Both the position numbers and the translations under genes were made by a program. The notes beneath the pieces are model-generated. The model did no database searches, had not been told where the DNA came from, and was given only the letters and a program-made list of their open reading frames with translations. 64,000 bases of DNA from the NCBI GenBank assembly GCA_951406725.2, contig OX597833.1, positions 27,714,001 through 27,778,000 of the forward strand, in the 5' to 3' direction. Shown piece after piece: positions 63,691 to 64,000 of the stretch. The DNA comes from Octopus vulgaris. Lineage: Eukaryota. The stretch's first letter is position 1. Each line of letters begins with the position of its first letter.

Positions 63691-64000
63691 TTGTATGTAT
63701 GTGTGTGTATGTGTGTGTGCGCGCGCGTATATATGTACTTGACTATATGTATACATGTTTCTGTATACAATTAGTTATATATATGATGTATGTATATTTT
63801 TCATACGTGTGTGAGCATGACGCTGGTTGTGTCCGCGTGTGCGAGTGTTACGTGAATTTATGTGCGCATGCATACCTTTTTGTGGTGTAGATATGTGAAT
63901 CGTTTACATGCATGTATGTATGTATGTATGTATGTATGTATGTATGTATGTATGTATGTATGTATGTTTGTATCTATGAGTCTGTGTATGTGTATAAATA
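62975..64000. repeat. (TA)n/(TACA)n/(TG)n microsatellite field
   Basis: Seen directly. Confidence 0.95.

Overview
AT-rich, microsatellite-dense eukaryotic DNA. The SINE, LINE and simple-repeat landscape resembles an octopus (coleoid cephalopod) genome; this is an inference and was not verified. No host protein-coding exon could be supported, and nearly all ORF-track entries are translations of microsatellites. The window holds decayed mobile elements: a Tx1/L1-like LINE with the RT core deleted, CR1-like and RTE fragments, five R4/Dong-like RLE-LINE copies in (TAA)n, two mariner copies, an internally deleted Helentron (OTU, Pif1 tail, APE), a Helitron carrying a LINE ORF1 fragment, MITEs and many tRNA-derived SINEs. 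The main hidden signal is a dispersed set of type-I hammerhead ribozyme (HHR) motifs, read by eye as stem I-CTGANGA-stem II-GAAA-short palindromic stem III-NTH-stem I'. About seven are well formed and about five degenerate. They sit in short, mostly non-coding elements embedded in (TA)n/(GATA)n. Several are head-to-head foldbacks with one ribozyme per arm, one is a 494-bp circularly permuted unit, and two families are linked to Penelope-type GIY-YIG endonuclease remnants. This points to a Penelope-like element (PLE)/retrozyme-type system. All structures were read manually; folding, covariance searches and activity tests are still needed.
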